From Candidatus Termititenax aidoneus (GTDB taxonomy: Bacteria; Margulisbacteria; Termititenacia; Termititenacales; Termititenacaceae), in the NCBI GenBank assembly GCA_003864455.1, contig BGZN01000004.1:3125-67124 (forward strand): DNA of 64,000 nucleotides. Reading direction: 5' to 3'. Of this stretch, positions 7,805 to 17,208 are shown piece by piece; position 1 is the first letter of the stretch, and every line of letters starts with the position of its first letter. A program made the translations under genes and the position numbers. The notes beneath the pieces are model-generated. The model searched no databases and was not told the DNA's origin. It saw only the letters and a program-made list of their open reading frames with translations.

Positions 7805-10531
7805 TTAGGGACTTTCGGCGGTATCTTTATTTTGAGCTTTTATTTTTGGCTTGCGTCCCAGCCGCGCGGCATTGAACGCGGAGCCAATAGTCAGTCCCTC
7901 ATGTATCAGCATAGAAATGAACATATCCATAGTGCGCAGCATACGGCCTACACTGTTGCTGAATAAATTTCCAACGTAATTGAAAGCAAGACCGGTATAG
8001 CCGGTAACCACGCCGCCAATGACTAGCGCATTGCCAATAGTCGAAAGGAGAATATTTTGCAGCATATTACGGGAATACTGCCGCGACATTTGTAAAATAT
8101 CTACAACTTTAGACAACTGACTGCCGTCCGTAACCAGCGCATGCGCGGCGTTGCGTGCCAGACCTTTGGCGTTCCAACTGATGCCAAAATCCGCCGCGGC
8201 CAGAGCGCCGCTGTCATTATTGCCGTCACCGACCATAGTTACATATTGTTTGCCGCCGTTTTGGTCTTTTTGCAAATTGCGAACGAGCGCGGTTTTTTCT
8301 TCCGGACGCAGTTCCGCATGTATATCTGTGTCTGGCAACGGTTTCGCGCCGCGCGCCAGTAATTCTTTATTCAAAAGTTCGACCGCGGCCTGAACTCGCT
8401 GCCGGCTGTCCCCCGAAGCGATCACAATCCGCTGTCCGGTTTTTTGCAGAGCGAGAATAGTGTCCACCGCGTCCGCGCGCAGAGTTTCCGCATATTCAAA
8501 ATAAAGCCGTGCCTGACCGTCCACAACCATAACCACAGCATCTTCATTGAGACCGGTTGTCTCTGCCGTTGATAATAAACCTTCACCGCGCAAATACTTT
8601 AATGAGCCAACAGAAATTGTATGCTCCTGTCCGTCCGCGGTGTATGTGCCTTGCACAGCTTTGCCTAAATCCTGGAAATTTCTAATTTCCGGTCTCTGCG
8701 TCTGCGGACCGATATATTCGAGTATTTTTTCCGCAATAGAATGCGCGGCCAGAAATTCCACAGCATACAACAGCGGCAAGTCTTGCTCCGGCGCGCCATC
8801 CACCGTGTAATGCAAACCGCGGATAGAGAGGTGCGAGCTGTCGGTCAGCGTATCAGTTTTATCAAAAACAATAATTTGAGTTTTGCCAGCGGCAGCCAGA
8901 GCTTTGGGATCGCGTAAAATAATGCGGTCTTTGGCCAGGCGGGAGATGAGCGCCAGCTTAGCGGTAGGCAGAGCGGTCTGTACTCCGCAGGGCGTAGTCG
9001 CGACCAAAATAGTTAACGCGTTTTTGATCGCGAACATATTGGCCGAAAGCACGCCGTACATAAAGTAACCGCTGGAAAACAAACTCATCGCCGGAGACCA
9101 TTTGCGGCTGAAAGCCTCGACAATATCTTCCGCCGCGCTTTTATTAGCGATGGCCTGCTGGATCTGTTTTTCCTGCTGGGCTAAAGCGGAATCCGCGTAA
9201 GTCCGGAGCGCCTGCGCCTGCGCTGTGTCGTCCAGAACAATAGCTCCTGATAATACAGTTTGACCGGGCATTTTCAATACAGGCACGGATTCGCCGGTCA
9301 TATGCGACTCGGACACGGTCATTTGCTGGAGAGCCACCGCGTCCACAGGCAACTGCTGGCCTTTTTTCAAAACCAGCGTGGATTGCGGCGCTATATTCTC
9401 CAGCGGAGTCAAAGTCTGTCTGCCGTCCTGCAGGGTGATATATTCCTTAGCCAGTTGAGAACTGTTCATCACTCTGGCCAGAGCTTTACGGGTTTTATTT
9501 TCCGCAAGTTTTTCCAGTACATGACTGAGCTGGCCGTGCATGACCGCCAAAAAAGCAGCCTCGGCCAAACCGGGTAAAGCGCCGCCATAATTTTGCCAGG
9601 GAGTGCCCAGACATTCTTGAATAGCTTGCTGATGTATCGGGCAGCAAGGAATATAATCGCCGCTGATAAAATTATACATAGACACAAAAAACGGCAGGGC
9701 AATCGAAAGCGCGATTTGCGTGTCTATCGAAACCGTTCTTCGGCGGGCAGTACGCAAAAACTGCAAAAAAGCCTCTTCGCGTTCTGACGTCAACTGCTCT
9801 TGAAAAACCGCCTGCGCCAACTGCCGCTGTTTATTTGGCGGAAGCAGCGCGGCTCTAGCCAAAAGTTTTTGCGCGCCCAGCAGTGAACGCCTGAAAAAAA
9901 GCTCGGCGTTTTGCTCCGCCGTATGACGCAAATAAGCCATGACCGCGTCGGTCTGCCCGATAGTCAAGCCCAGATCAAAAAGCGCCGCGTATATTTCCTC
10001 GGCGCAGTTTTGCGCGTTGACCGTATATAAATCTGCGCCCAACGGCGCGAGCACTTCCTGTTTCTTTAATAGGTCAAATATTTGTTCCAGCAAATTTTGA
10101 TCTTGAACTCCGGTCTGCAGAGCAAAGAGTTTTTGATCAATATTATTAAATTCTGAAAATTTAGTCTGCAGCTCAGACAGAGTAAAGCGCGGCAGGCGCA
10201 GATTTTGCACGGCGTCCTTAACCAGACCAAAACCATAAAAAGAAGCCAGGGTTAATCCGATAGTATTTACCAGACCGAGAGTTCCGGAAGAATGGATTTT
10301 GAACAAAGATACATTTTGCGCAGCGTCGGCCAAAATACCAAGGTTTAAGCTGGAGCGCACCTCAGAAATCTGTCCGCCTAAATTGCCAGAGCCATAATGG
10401 ATCAAAAGCGGCAGGGAAAAGATAAATGCGGCATAAGCGCCTCCCGCCACAGCGCCGGTGGTTTTAGCAATATCGTGAAATTTGATTTTCTCGGCCTCTA
10501 AAACATCCGCAGCCACAATTTTGAGATACAT
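7805..10531 (-). CDS. P-type ATPase, heavy-metal (P1B)-like, with divergent core motifs and a roughly 420-aa N-terminal extension
   Basis: Actuator motif SESHMTGES; membrane motif TPCG in place of CPC; phosphorylation motif FDKTDTLT in place of DKTGT; hinge motif VGDGNNDSGALAAAD; several transmembrane segments. Confidence 0.7.
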   Translation of the reverse strand: MYLKIVAADVLEAEKIKFHDIAKTTGAVAGGAYAAFIFSLPLLIHYGSGNLGGQISEVRSSLNLGILADAAQNVSLFKIHSSGTLGLVNTIGLTLASFYGFGLVKDAVQNLRLPRFTLSELQTKFSEFNNIDQKLFALQTGVQDQNLLEQIFDLLKKQEVLAPLGADLYTVNAQNCAEEIYAALFDLGLTIGQTDAVMAYLRHTAEQNAELFFRRSLLGAQKLLARAALLPPNKQRQLAQAVFQEQLTSEREEAFLQFLRTARRRTVSIDTQIALSIALPFFVSMYNFISGDYIPCCPIHQQAIQECLGTPWQNYGGALPGLAEAAFLAVMHGQLSHVLEKLAENKTRKALARVMNSSQLAKEYITLQDGRQTLTPLENIAPQSTLVLKKGQQLPVDAVALQQMTVSESHMTGESVPVLKMPGQTVLSGAIVLDDTAQAQALRTYADSALAQQEKQIQQAIANKSAAEDIVEAFSRKWSPAMSLFSSGYFMYGVLSANMFAIKNALTILVATTPCGVQTALPTAKLALISRLAKDRIILRDPKALAAAGKTQIIVFDKTDTLTDSSHLSIRGLHYTVDGAPEQDLPLLYAVEFLAAHSIAEKILEYIGPQTQRPEIRNFQDLGKAVQGTYTADGQEHTISVGSLKYLRGEGLLSTAETTGLNEDAVVMVVDGQARLYFEYAETLRADAVDTILALQKTGQRIVIASGDSRQRVQAAVELLNKELLARGAKPLPDTDIHAELRPEEKTALVRNLQKDQNGGKQYVTMVGDGNNDSGALAAADFGISWNAKGLARNAAHALVTDGSQLSKVVDILQMSRQYSRNMLQNILLSTIGNALVIGGVVTGYTGLAFNYVGNLFSNSVGRMLRTMDMFISMLIHEGLTIGSAFNAARLGRKPKIKAQNKDTAESP

Positions 10532-10700
10532 ATATTTCTGCCTTTCCTGGTAAATTATCGCAATTGAAATTCAACTGCAATAAATAACTTATATACTAAA
10601 TGAAAATAAATATCAATACCCTGCTCCCGCGCTTTTTGAATATTTCAACAAAATTTTTTTAAGAAAAATAGCTTCTGTCCACATAACCTGCCGAATCTTT

Positions 10701-12404
10701 CTAAACAGCCGCCACAGCTTCCAATTCCTGTTCTTGAAGCTCCGTGTCTTGTTTTTGTTTTTTCTTGCGGCGTCCTTCCTGCTCACGCCGGTCTTTTTGC
10801 TCGCGCTGGCGTTTAAGATAATCGCGCCAGACTCCGTACATACCTTCCAGATCTTCGTCCTGTTCTTCTTTATGTATAATTTTTCCCAGCAGCAAATTAA
10901 TCAATTTGCTTAGATTTTCTTTTTGTATATCGCGTTCATGGGCGATGCGGCTCAATTCCGCAAAAGAAATAATCGGCTGGCTCTGAACTTTGGCCTCTTT
11001 CGCGCCAATATCGCCAAAAGATAAAACGCCGCCGGATCTGCCAGCCAGAGCAGTTCCTTCCAGCCCTCTGAAATTATTCAGAATCATTTTTTCGCCGTTT
11101 TTGCCGGTAAGCATGGTTTGCTCCGCCGTCAGATTGGCAAAAGCCAGATTAATCTGTATCGGCCTGAGCATAACCTTTTCGCCGGTTACAACAGTATTGC
11201 CTGTATTGCCCGCCGCCAAAACTGCGGCGCCGGATTGATAGATATTTTTGGCGCTGTCAGAAAATACTGCGTTAACCGTATTATTTAAAACCGGACTATG
11301 CACAGCGCGTAAAATCTGCGCCGACATTCCCCCTGTGGCGGCGCTGTTAGACAGGTTTACCGCAGCAGCCGTATTCGCAGATGCGGAAGGCGGCGCGCCG
11401 GTCGCAGCAAGCGTGGCTGTTGCAGCTAGCCCGGTGGCTGAGCTTGTCGAAGCCACCGTATGCGCTCCAGCTGCAGCAGGCGCGGCGGTTGCAACTGTTG
11501 GAGTCGTGGGAACTGCTGGGGCGGCCTGGGTTACGGGAACTCCGGCAGGCACAACACGCCCTGCGCTAACCGTATTTTGCTGAACCGCCGCCGTGCCTGT
11601 ACTGGCCGCCGGCACATTGATTGTATTGTATTGTATTGAAGCCGTTTTAGAAAAAATATTTTGGGCTTGAGTATTTTGACCTGACCCAATATTTGACGTT
11701 ATGCTTCGCGCCGCCGCTGCCACAGTTTGATTTGAAATACCGGCGCGTGAGGCTGCTTGTACGGAAACAGTTGTATTGGCCGGCAGACTTACGCTGACCT
11801 TCACGCTGCGCCCCATAACAGGAGCAGAGGACTTGTCAGCGGCCTTGGCCGTAGCCAGGGCTTGGTCGGCCTTTGCCTCTGCAACGCGGCTATTTGCCAA
11901 ATGCTCGGCTGTAGTTTTGGCGGTAAGCTGCGCCTGTACAGAAGCTGAAGTATTTTGTTGTCCGACAGGTGTTTTCACATCCTGCGCTTTGTTTCCCGTA
12001 GAAGCGCTGACTATCGTTCCGGAACTCGACGCTGTATTGCTTGCTAAAGCGGATTTTGAAGAACCACCTGTTACCGGATCGCTAAAACTTACCGCTCTTG
12101 CGCCAGAACAAACCGGACAATTACAAGTGTCTGGATGTCCTCTCTGAATAGCGGCCGCCATAGCGCCCGCAGCTATTTTACTTCCTGCCGCCTGCTCAGC
12201 AACAACCAACGCCTCCACCTGCTTTGCTTGCTGCGGAGCAGCCTGTACGCTATTGGCATTCGACAATCCTCTTTGCACAATCACCGGCGCTCCTGACTTT
12301 GCTTGCTGTGGAACAGACTGCGCGTCATTAGCGCTTGACGCTCCTCGCTGCACAACTACCGGTCTTGCCGGCTGAGTAACCGCAAATAAACCAACACCGG
12401 TCAT
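10701..12404 (-). CDS. hypothetical protein, Ala/Thr/Ser/Val-rich low complexity, with a Cys cluster and a Lys/Arg/Glu-rich C-terminal tail
   Basis: 567-aa ORF with an N-terminal imperfect repeat (VVQRGASSANDAQSVPQQAK / VIVQRGLSNANSVQAAPQQAK), the motif CNCPVCSG, and the tail ...RQREQKDRREQEGRRKKKQKQ. Confidence 0.4.
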   Translation of the reverse strand: MTGVGLFAVTQPARPVVVQRGASSANDAQSVPQQAKSGAPVIVQRGLSNANSVQAAPQQAKQVEALVVAEQAAGSKIAAGAMAAAIQRGHPDTCNCPVCSGARAVSFSDPVTGGSSKSALASNTASSSGTIVSASTGNKAQDVKTPVGQQNTSASVQAQLTAKTTAEHLANSRVAEAKADQALATAKAADKSSAPVMGRSVKVSVSLPANTTVSVQAASRAGISNQTVAAAARSITSNIGSGQNTQAQNIFSKTASIQYNTINVPAASTGTAAVQQNTVSAGRVVPAGVPVTQAAPAVPTTPTVATAAPAAAGAHTVASTSSATGLAATATLAATGAPPSASANTAAAVNLSNSAATGGMSAQILRAVHSPVLNNTVNAVFSDSAKNIYQSGAAVLAAGNTGNTVVTGEKVMLRPIQINLAFANLTAEQTMLTGKNGEKMILNNFRGLEGTALAGRSGGVLSFGDIGAKEAKVQSQPIISFAELSRIAHERDIQKENLSKLINLLLGKIIHKEEQDEDLEGMYGVWRDYLKRQREQKDRREQEGRRKKKQKQDTELQEQELEAVAAV

Positions 12405-12515
12405 GTTAACCTTCCTTTGCCAGATAATCAGCAGCCTGCTTCAAAATAATATCGAGCAAACGCCGCTGCCCATCCTTTTTTAACCGCTCAGCATAAACTT
12501 GCGCTGTTTTGGTTT

Positions 12516-12947
12516 TCACGAAATGCTCCTTTCCGTAATGCTGGCGGCCTGTTTGCTCCGATGCTCCAGATAGGCCGGCATTTTTTCCACCAAGGCAAGA
12601 GTTTTAAGCAGCACATCGCGCAGAATAAAAATCTTTTTATCCATCTCGTCAATAAAAGTTTCCAGCACTTCAACTTTGTCGTTAAAAATATCCGTGTTTT
12701 TGGAAAGTATAGCGACAGCATGATAAACCGTCTCAAAAGTATTGGGGTTTTTGGCCAGCAGTTGATTGTATTTAGCGTTGATCTCTTTAGTCTGTTCGAC
12801 CTGCAGATTAATATAGTCTATTTTGCCCCAGAGCTTATCATTCTTGCGTACCGCTTCCAACTGAGCAAGCTGCTCTTTGAGCGCCGCCAAAACTTTATTC
12901 AATCCAGCTTCCGCGCCAGCAGTATTTTCTTTCACCGCGTCTGTCAT
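12516..12947 (-). CDS. hypothetical coiled-coil protein
   Basis: 143-aa ORF with a heptad-rich sequence. Its start overlaps the stop of the upstream 322-aa gene, so the two are probably in one operon. Confidence 0.4.
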   Translation of the reverse strand: MTDAVKENTAGAEAGLNKVLAALKEQLAQLEAVRKNDKLWGKIDYINLQVEQTKEINAKYNQLLAKNPNTFETVYHAVAILSKNTDIFNDKVEVLETFIDEMDKKIFILRDVLLKTLALVEKMPAYLEHRSKQAASITERSIS

Positions 12948-13912
12948 TTTGTTACGCCTTGTTCCTTTTCCGCATAGTTTGCCGCTTCTATAAAACCCGG
13001 CTCTTCATTTAAAATAGCCTGCGCGTTTTGAATGACCCGGCGGTCATTGGCCGGCTGTATATTTTCCGAGAACAAAACATTGATTCGCGAAAGATTATAT
13101 TGCGCGCCCATAGCGTCCAGCAGGGCATAAGCGCAATTCAAATCCGTCTGCGTGGCGTCCTCGCCAGGATCATTGGTGTAAAGGCGGTAGCCTTCCAACT
13201 GGCGCAATTTTTGCTGATAAGCGCTGTGGCGCAGATCCGCGTCAGAAATACTTGTCTCATCTTTATCCAGCGCGGCAATTTCACGCAAAAGACGCAGTTC
13301 TCTATCGGGCTGTTTGATCAACCGGCTGAGCAGAACATTGTTCGGATTATAAAGCTGTAGATTAAATAATATTTCTTTAGTCGGTCTAGATAAACTGCTC
13401 ATGGGCGGATTCACCGTAAAAGAACCCTCTTTCGGGACATTGTAAGCCCGCACAATAGCATGATGCGGAGGTTCTTCAGGCGGAAAATAAACTCCGGCAA
13501 ATTGCGGAATTTTCCGAAAATCCAAACCGAATAAAAACTCTTCCATAACAACATAACTATTCGCAAATTTGGCCGCACCCAGTCTCTCCCGCAAGCCTTC
13601 CAAAAACAGACGGGCTGTTTCCAAATCATAAAAAGTACAAAGCGCCTCATGCAAAGGACAATTATCATTCCAATACATGTAAATCCCCTGCATTTGACCG
13701 AGCAGTTCATCAGCCTGCTGTTGATTGGCTTTATAATCATCAGTGCTGATATAATTTCCGCCGGCGTCTTTTTTGAGCGCCGCAAATTTCCGCAATATAT
13801 CCAACTCCAACTGCGGATTTTCAATAATTATAGTTTTAGTCATATCGGGCTTTTCCCGATTGACCACAAAATTTGGGACTTGCGTTATATTTGGTATATA
13901 TGGATCTGCCAT
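12944..13912 (-). CDS. hypothetical protein
   Basis: 322-aa ORF preceded by an AT-rich promoter region (13913-14205). No recognizable motif. Confidence 0.4.
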   Translation of the reverse strand: MADPYIPNITQVPNFVVNREKPDMTKTIIIENPQLELDILRKFAALKKDAGGNYISTDDYKANQQQADELLGQMQGIYMYWNDNCPLHEALCTFYDLETARLFLEGLRERLGAAKFANSYVVMEEFLFGLDFRKIPQFAGVYFPPEEPPHHAIVRAYNVPKEGSFTVNPPMSSLSRPTKEILFNLQLYNPNNVLLSRLIKQPDRELRLLREIAALDKDETSISDADLRHSAYQQKLRQLEGYRLYTNDPGEDATQTDLNCAYALLDAMGAQYNLSRINVLFSENIQPANDRRVIQNAQAILNEEPGFIEAANYAEKEQGVTK

Positions 13913-14205
13913 AACTAACTCCTTTTTTTATTTTTAATTTATATTTCTAAATTTTGCTCTCTATCATTTCCAACATATTCACATTTACATAACCACCACA
14001 TCCTTTACTTGCAATTGATGCAATAGCATTGCAATTACAAGACGGATATTACAACTAAATGAAATTAAATGTCAATAGCCCGCATGGGCTTCAGGCAAAT
14101 GGCACTTAATTAGAGGGTTTAATCCAAAAATTCAACGGAGTTAAAATATCCAAACAATTCCCAGTACGACCTTGGTGTAAAGTTAAGCAATATTACAATT
14201 TTTTA

Positions 14206-14805
14206 TCAAAGAATTTTTTTGAGATATTTTTTCAACCAACCGAGATTATTATACTCTGGATTAACTTTAATTAGCGACTTATGTTTTTCCAATACTAGTT
14301 GCGGTTTGGCAGGTTTTTCCTCTGAATTATCAAATAAGAAAAAATTGTCAGCCACATTCATACAATCACACACAAGTTTTAATGATTTGTAATATCTTGA
14401 AACTATTTTATTTCTGGGCACATCATGCCCACCGTGCAGAACACGCTCTTGGATACGCCGGATATTTATTTTAGGATTTTGGGTTACAATGTATATTGCT
14501 GTTATAATGTATCCCTGTGTTTTCACAAACCTCAAAAAATCAAGTTTCTCAAATGTAGAAAAAACCGATTCAAAAGAAAAAGATTTGCTTTCGGCTACTG
14601 CTCTGTAACGCTGCAATTCTGCTAGCTGCATTGCTTTGATATAAATTTCTTTATTATTTTTTAATTTTTCATCGAGATTATTATCCGGACAGATGTAATA
14701 AGCCGGACATTTTTCCTCAAGCATAAATTCATTAACTATGGTTGACTTGCCAGAGCCATTTGGCCCGGCAAACAAAAATATTTCTTTTTGAGAATTGCTC
14801 CCCAT
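14206..14805 (-). CDS. zeta-toxin / P-loop kinase family protein (PF06414-like AAA ATPase)
   Basis: Walker A FLFAGPNGSGKST at the N-terminus. The roughly 200-aa size and organisation are typical of zeta-toxin-like kinases. Confidence 0.5.
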   Translation of the reverse strand: MGSNSQKEIFLFAGPNGSGKSTIVNEFMLEEKCPAYYICPDNNLDEKLKNNKEIYIKAMQLAELQRYRAVAESKSFSFESVFSTFEKLDFLRFVKTQGYIITAIYIVTQNPKINIRRIQERVLHGGHDVPRNKIVSRYYKSLKLVCDCMNVADNFFLFDNSEEKPAKPQLVLEKHKSLIKVNPEYNNLGWLKKYLKKIL

Positions 14806-14808
14806 GTC

Positions 14809-14943
14809 CTATAAAGAAACACCTAGAGCCTTGCGGGTCTGTTTAGCCGCATGATCAAGATTTTTCTTAACCGTGGCATAGGGCGTGATTGTTATGTTAG
14901 TCACGATTTTTTTTATTATCTTGGCTTTTTGAGCATAGGTCAT
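14809..14943 (-). CDS. small ORF (44 aa), candidate cognate antitoxin of the zeta-like protein
   Basis: MTYAQKAKIIKKIVTNITITPYATVKKNLDHAAKQTRKALGVSL. Its stop lies 4 nt before the start of the zeta-like gene, on the same strand. Below the 60-aa cutoff of the ORF track; found by hand. Confidence 0.3.
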   Translation of the reverse strand: MTYAQKAKIIKKIVTNITITPYATVKKNLDHAAKQTRKALGVSL

Positions 14944-14961
14944 TGACGCACCTCTTTCAAA

Positions 14962-15399
14962 TTACTGGCTACTTTTCTGGCATTTCTGGCAGACACCGCG
15001 CACTTTAGCGCCGAAACGCAGCGGTTGAAATTTGTGTCGCGCGGCAATCTTTTTTTGCAGCTTGATAATCGCGCTGTTGTCATACTCAAAAATCTGTCCG
15101 CACTTGACGCAAACCAAATGCCCGTGATCATGATGTTTGTAAAAATGCTCAAAACGAAACACGCCGTCAGCGCCGCGGATGCGCGCGGCCAGTCCAGCCT
15201 GCTCGATCACCTGCATCGCGCGGAAAGTTGACGAGTAGCTGACGTTAGGATGTTTTTTTTTCACCAAATCATGGAGTTCTTCAATCGAAAAATGTCCCTC
15301 GCTGTTGATAAAAACGTCCAGCACATCAAAACGCTGATGCGTGTTGCGCAGTGCGTTTTTGGCGATATAGTCCGCTAAAACCTGGGCTTCTTCTTGCAT
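14962..15399 (-). CDS. Fur-family transcriptional regulator (Fur/Zur/PerR)
   Basis: Winged-helix N-terminus, then HHDHGHLVCVKCGQ ... CQKCQ metal-binding Cys/His motifs. Confidence 0.8.
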   Translation of the reverse strand: MQEEAQVLADYIAKNALRNTHQRFDVLDVFINSEGHFSIEELHDLVKKKHPNVSYSSTFRAMQVIEQAGLAARIRGADGVFRFEHFYKHHDHGHLVCVKCGQIFEYDNSAIIKLQKKIAARHKFQPLRFGAKVRGVCQKCQKSSQ

Positions 15400-15426
15400 G
15401 GGGTTATTATAACAAATCCACGGATT

Positions 15427-15930
15427 TCAGGCACGTGGATTATTCTCTATATTCTTTTCCAGTTTCTTGATTTCCGCTGTATCCTTTGCGGCGGACATTT
15501 TGGCAATATTTTGCAGTTTCCAGTTCAGGGCAGGCAGGTTTTGCAAATTGGGAAATGGCAGTAGTGACCAGTCGGGCTGATTATGCATTAGCGACAATAA
15601 AAAATCCTTATGCTTTGCAGTCAGCGATTTTTTAACCCTATTGATTACAGAAATTCTAACGGCTAATAACTCTTCAAGGCTTATTTCTTCTGTCATACCT
15701 ACAAAGGAATTAACAAAAATATCCTTTATATTCAGCAGATTTGGCTCAAGAATTTCTGAAAATGGACGATTGCCCTGTGCCAGATAAGCAATAAAAACAT
15801 CCATAAGGGAATCCAAATTTTTGTTTTTTTGCAAATAAATCCGCATATCAAATATATCCTTCGGATGTTGGCGGTCAAGCATAGCGTTGAGTTTGCCAGC
15901 GTATAGTTCCAAATAAGACAGACATTTCAC
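15427..15930 (-). CDS. AbiEii/AbiGii-family toxin-like protein, C-terminal portion only (nucleotidyltransferase N-domain absent)
   Basis: LELYAGKLNAMLDRQHPKDIFDMRIYL resembles the conserved E.LA.KL.A...R..RD.YD region in the C-terminal half of DUF1814/AbiEii proteins. The N-terminal GG..L nucleotidyltransferase motif is not present. The gene lies 24 bp downstream of AbiEi. Confidence 0.4.
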   Translation of the reverse strand: MKCLSYLELYAGKLNAMLDRQHPKDIFDMRIYLQKNKNLDSLMDVFIAYLAQGNRPFSEILEPNLLNIKDIFVNSFVGMTEEISLEELLAVRISVINRVKKSLTAKHKDFLLSLMHNQPDWSLLPFPNLQNLPALNWKLQNIAKMSAAKDTAEIKKLEKNIENNPRA

Positions 15931-15954
15931 CGTGGCTTCTTTCTTGAAAATCTG

Positions 15955-16719
15955 TCATCCAAAATTGCTTCCCTCTGGCACGCAGATGGCATATCTGCCT
16001 ATGTATTTGCCACCAACAACAAGTTGCCTTGCCCCTGTGCCTAAATCTATTTTAGTCTCATTCAACTTCTTATACCACGGATGGTTGACGGTAGAGGCAA
16101 CATATAAGAATAGTCTTTTGGCTTTGATAGAAACACATTTTTCCAACAGGGTTTGTAAAAGATTGCTCCTTAAAGACGGGCAGAGTTCCATAAGTTTCAC
16201 AAATTCATCATAATCCGCTTTGGTCGGCACAAGATACGCCATTTCCAGCAAGGCTCTTTCCGGACTGGAAACTATTAGCCCCTCAATATTGACTACTGAA
16301 TCCACAAGCGGTCTTCTGGTCTTGAACAACGGCATTGCCACAACATTATAAATCTTTTGGCTTTTGAGCCATTTCAAATGAGGTGTTCTGCTCTGATCTG
16401 TCCTGAATACATAATAGGTTTGGGCTTTTTTAAGAAAATGCCGCACCCCTTGCAAGTACAAGGCAGATTGCCCACCAAGGACAAAATCCAGTTTGTGCTT
16501 AAATTCCTGTTCTTGCATAGCCTTTATGCTCAAAAGCGGGGAAAGCGGTTTGTCCGTATGTTTATAAACCTCGGGGGCAACCCTTTCCAGCCAATTGCTT
16601 TTACGGTATTTTTGCAATAATTGGCTGGTAAAGCCATTATTTCGCAAATATTTATAGAACAACGGCTGCCCGCGTTCATAGGCTAGTAAAGCTTGCAGTT
16701 TGTTTCTGTTCTTTTTCAT
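15955..16719 (-). CDS. AbiEi-family antitoxin/transcriptional regulator-like protein
   Basis: 254-aa protein with an AbiEi-like N-terminal region and the typical position upstream of an AbiEii-like gene. Confidence 0.5.
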   Translation of the reverse strand: MKKNRNKLQALLAYERGQPLFYKYLRNNGFTSQLLQKYRKSNWLERVAPEVYKHTDKPLSPLLSIKAMQEQEFKHKLDFVLGGQSALYLQGVRHFLKKAQTYYVFRTDQSRTPHLKWLKSQKIYNVVAMPLFKTRRPLVDSVVNIEGLIVSSPERALLEMAYLVPTKADYDEFVKLMELCPSLRSNLLQTLLEKCVSIKAKRLFLYVASTVNHPWYKKLNETKIDLGTGARQLVVGGKYIGRYAICVPEGSNFG

Positions 16720-17071
16720 CAGTATACCTATGGTTTAGTGATAGAGTATCTTATAAAGATAAGCATAATATTTCTTTATATTATGTCAATACGCTATATT
16801 TACGGTATACTAACAAGAGTTTTGGTAAAGAGGCTTGTTAAGAATATCGGGTCATATTTAATTAACTCGATTTTGTTAAATGTTTCAGGGATAGCGCTAC
16901 TACCAGAACCAACCAGAAAAGTTTTACACTCGTTCAATGTGTGCTGGTAATCGTTTTTAACAGATATGCTTAGCAGCTTCCTAAACAGAAAACCCAAAAC
17001 CGCCAATAACGCCACAAGTGGCGTTGCCTTGCGTCTCGGCCAGTCGCTCCCGACCCCGACCCGCCGAAACA

Positions 17072-17192
17072 GTCGCCAAAAAGAAATTAAAAACGCCAAA
17101 TGCAGTGCGGTTTTTTGCCCCCCAACCTGAAACCGTCTTAAAAAACAACCTTGCTCTATTCACCAAAAGCTGTGATTTTGGGTGGTTTGGGG
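17072..17192. repeat. left arm of a 122-bp inverted repeat pair
   Basis: gtcgccaaaaagaaattaaaaacgccaaatgcagtgcggttttttgcccccc...gggtggtttgggg matches the reverse complement of 25542-25663, with 3 small indels or mismatches. Confidence 0.85.
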
Positions 17193-17208
17193 TATAATGG
17201 AGGTGTTA

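Noticed and set aside
16800-17099. ORFs beginning MAFLISFWR at 16800-17099 (- strand) and 25636-25839 (+ strand), which look like paralogs
   Set aside because: Both are produced by the same 122-bp inverted repeat being read in equivalent orientation. The shared peptide is an artefact of the repeat, not a conserved protein.
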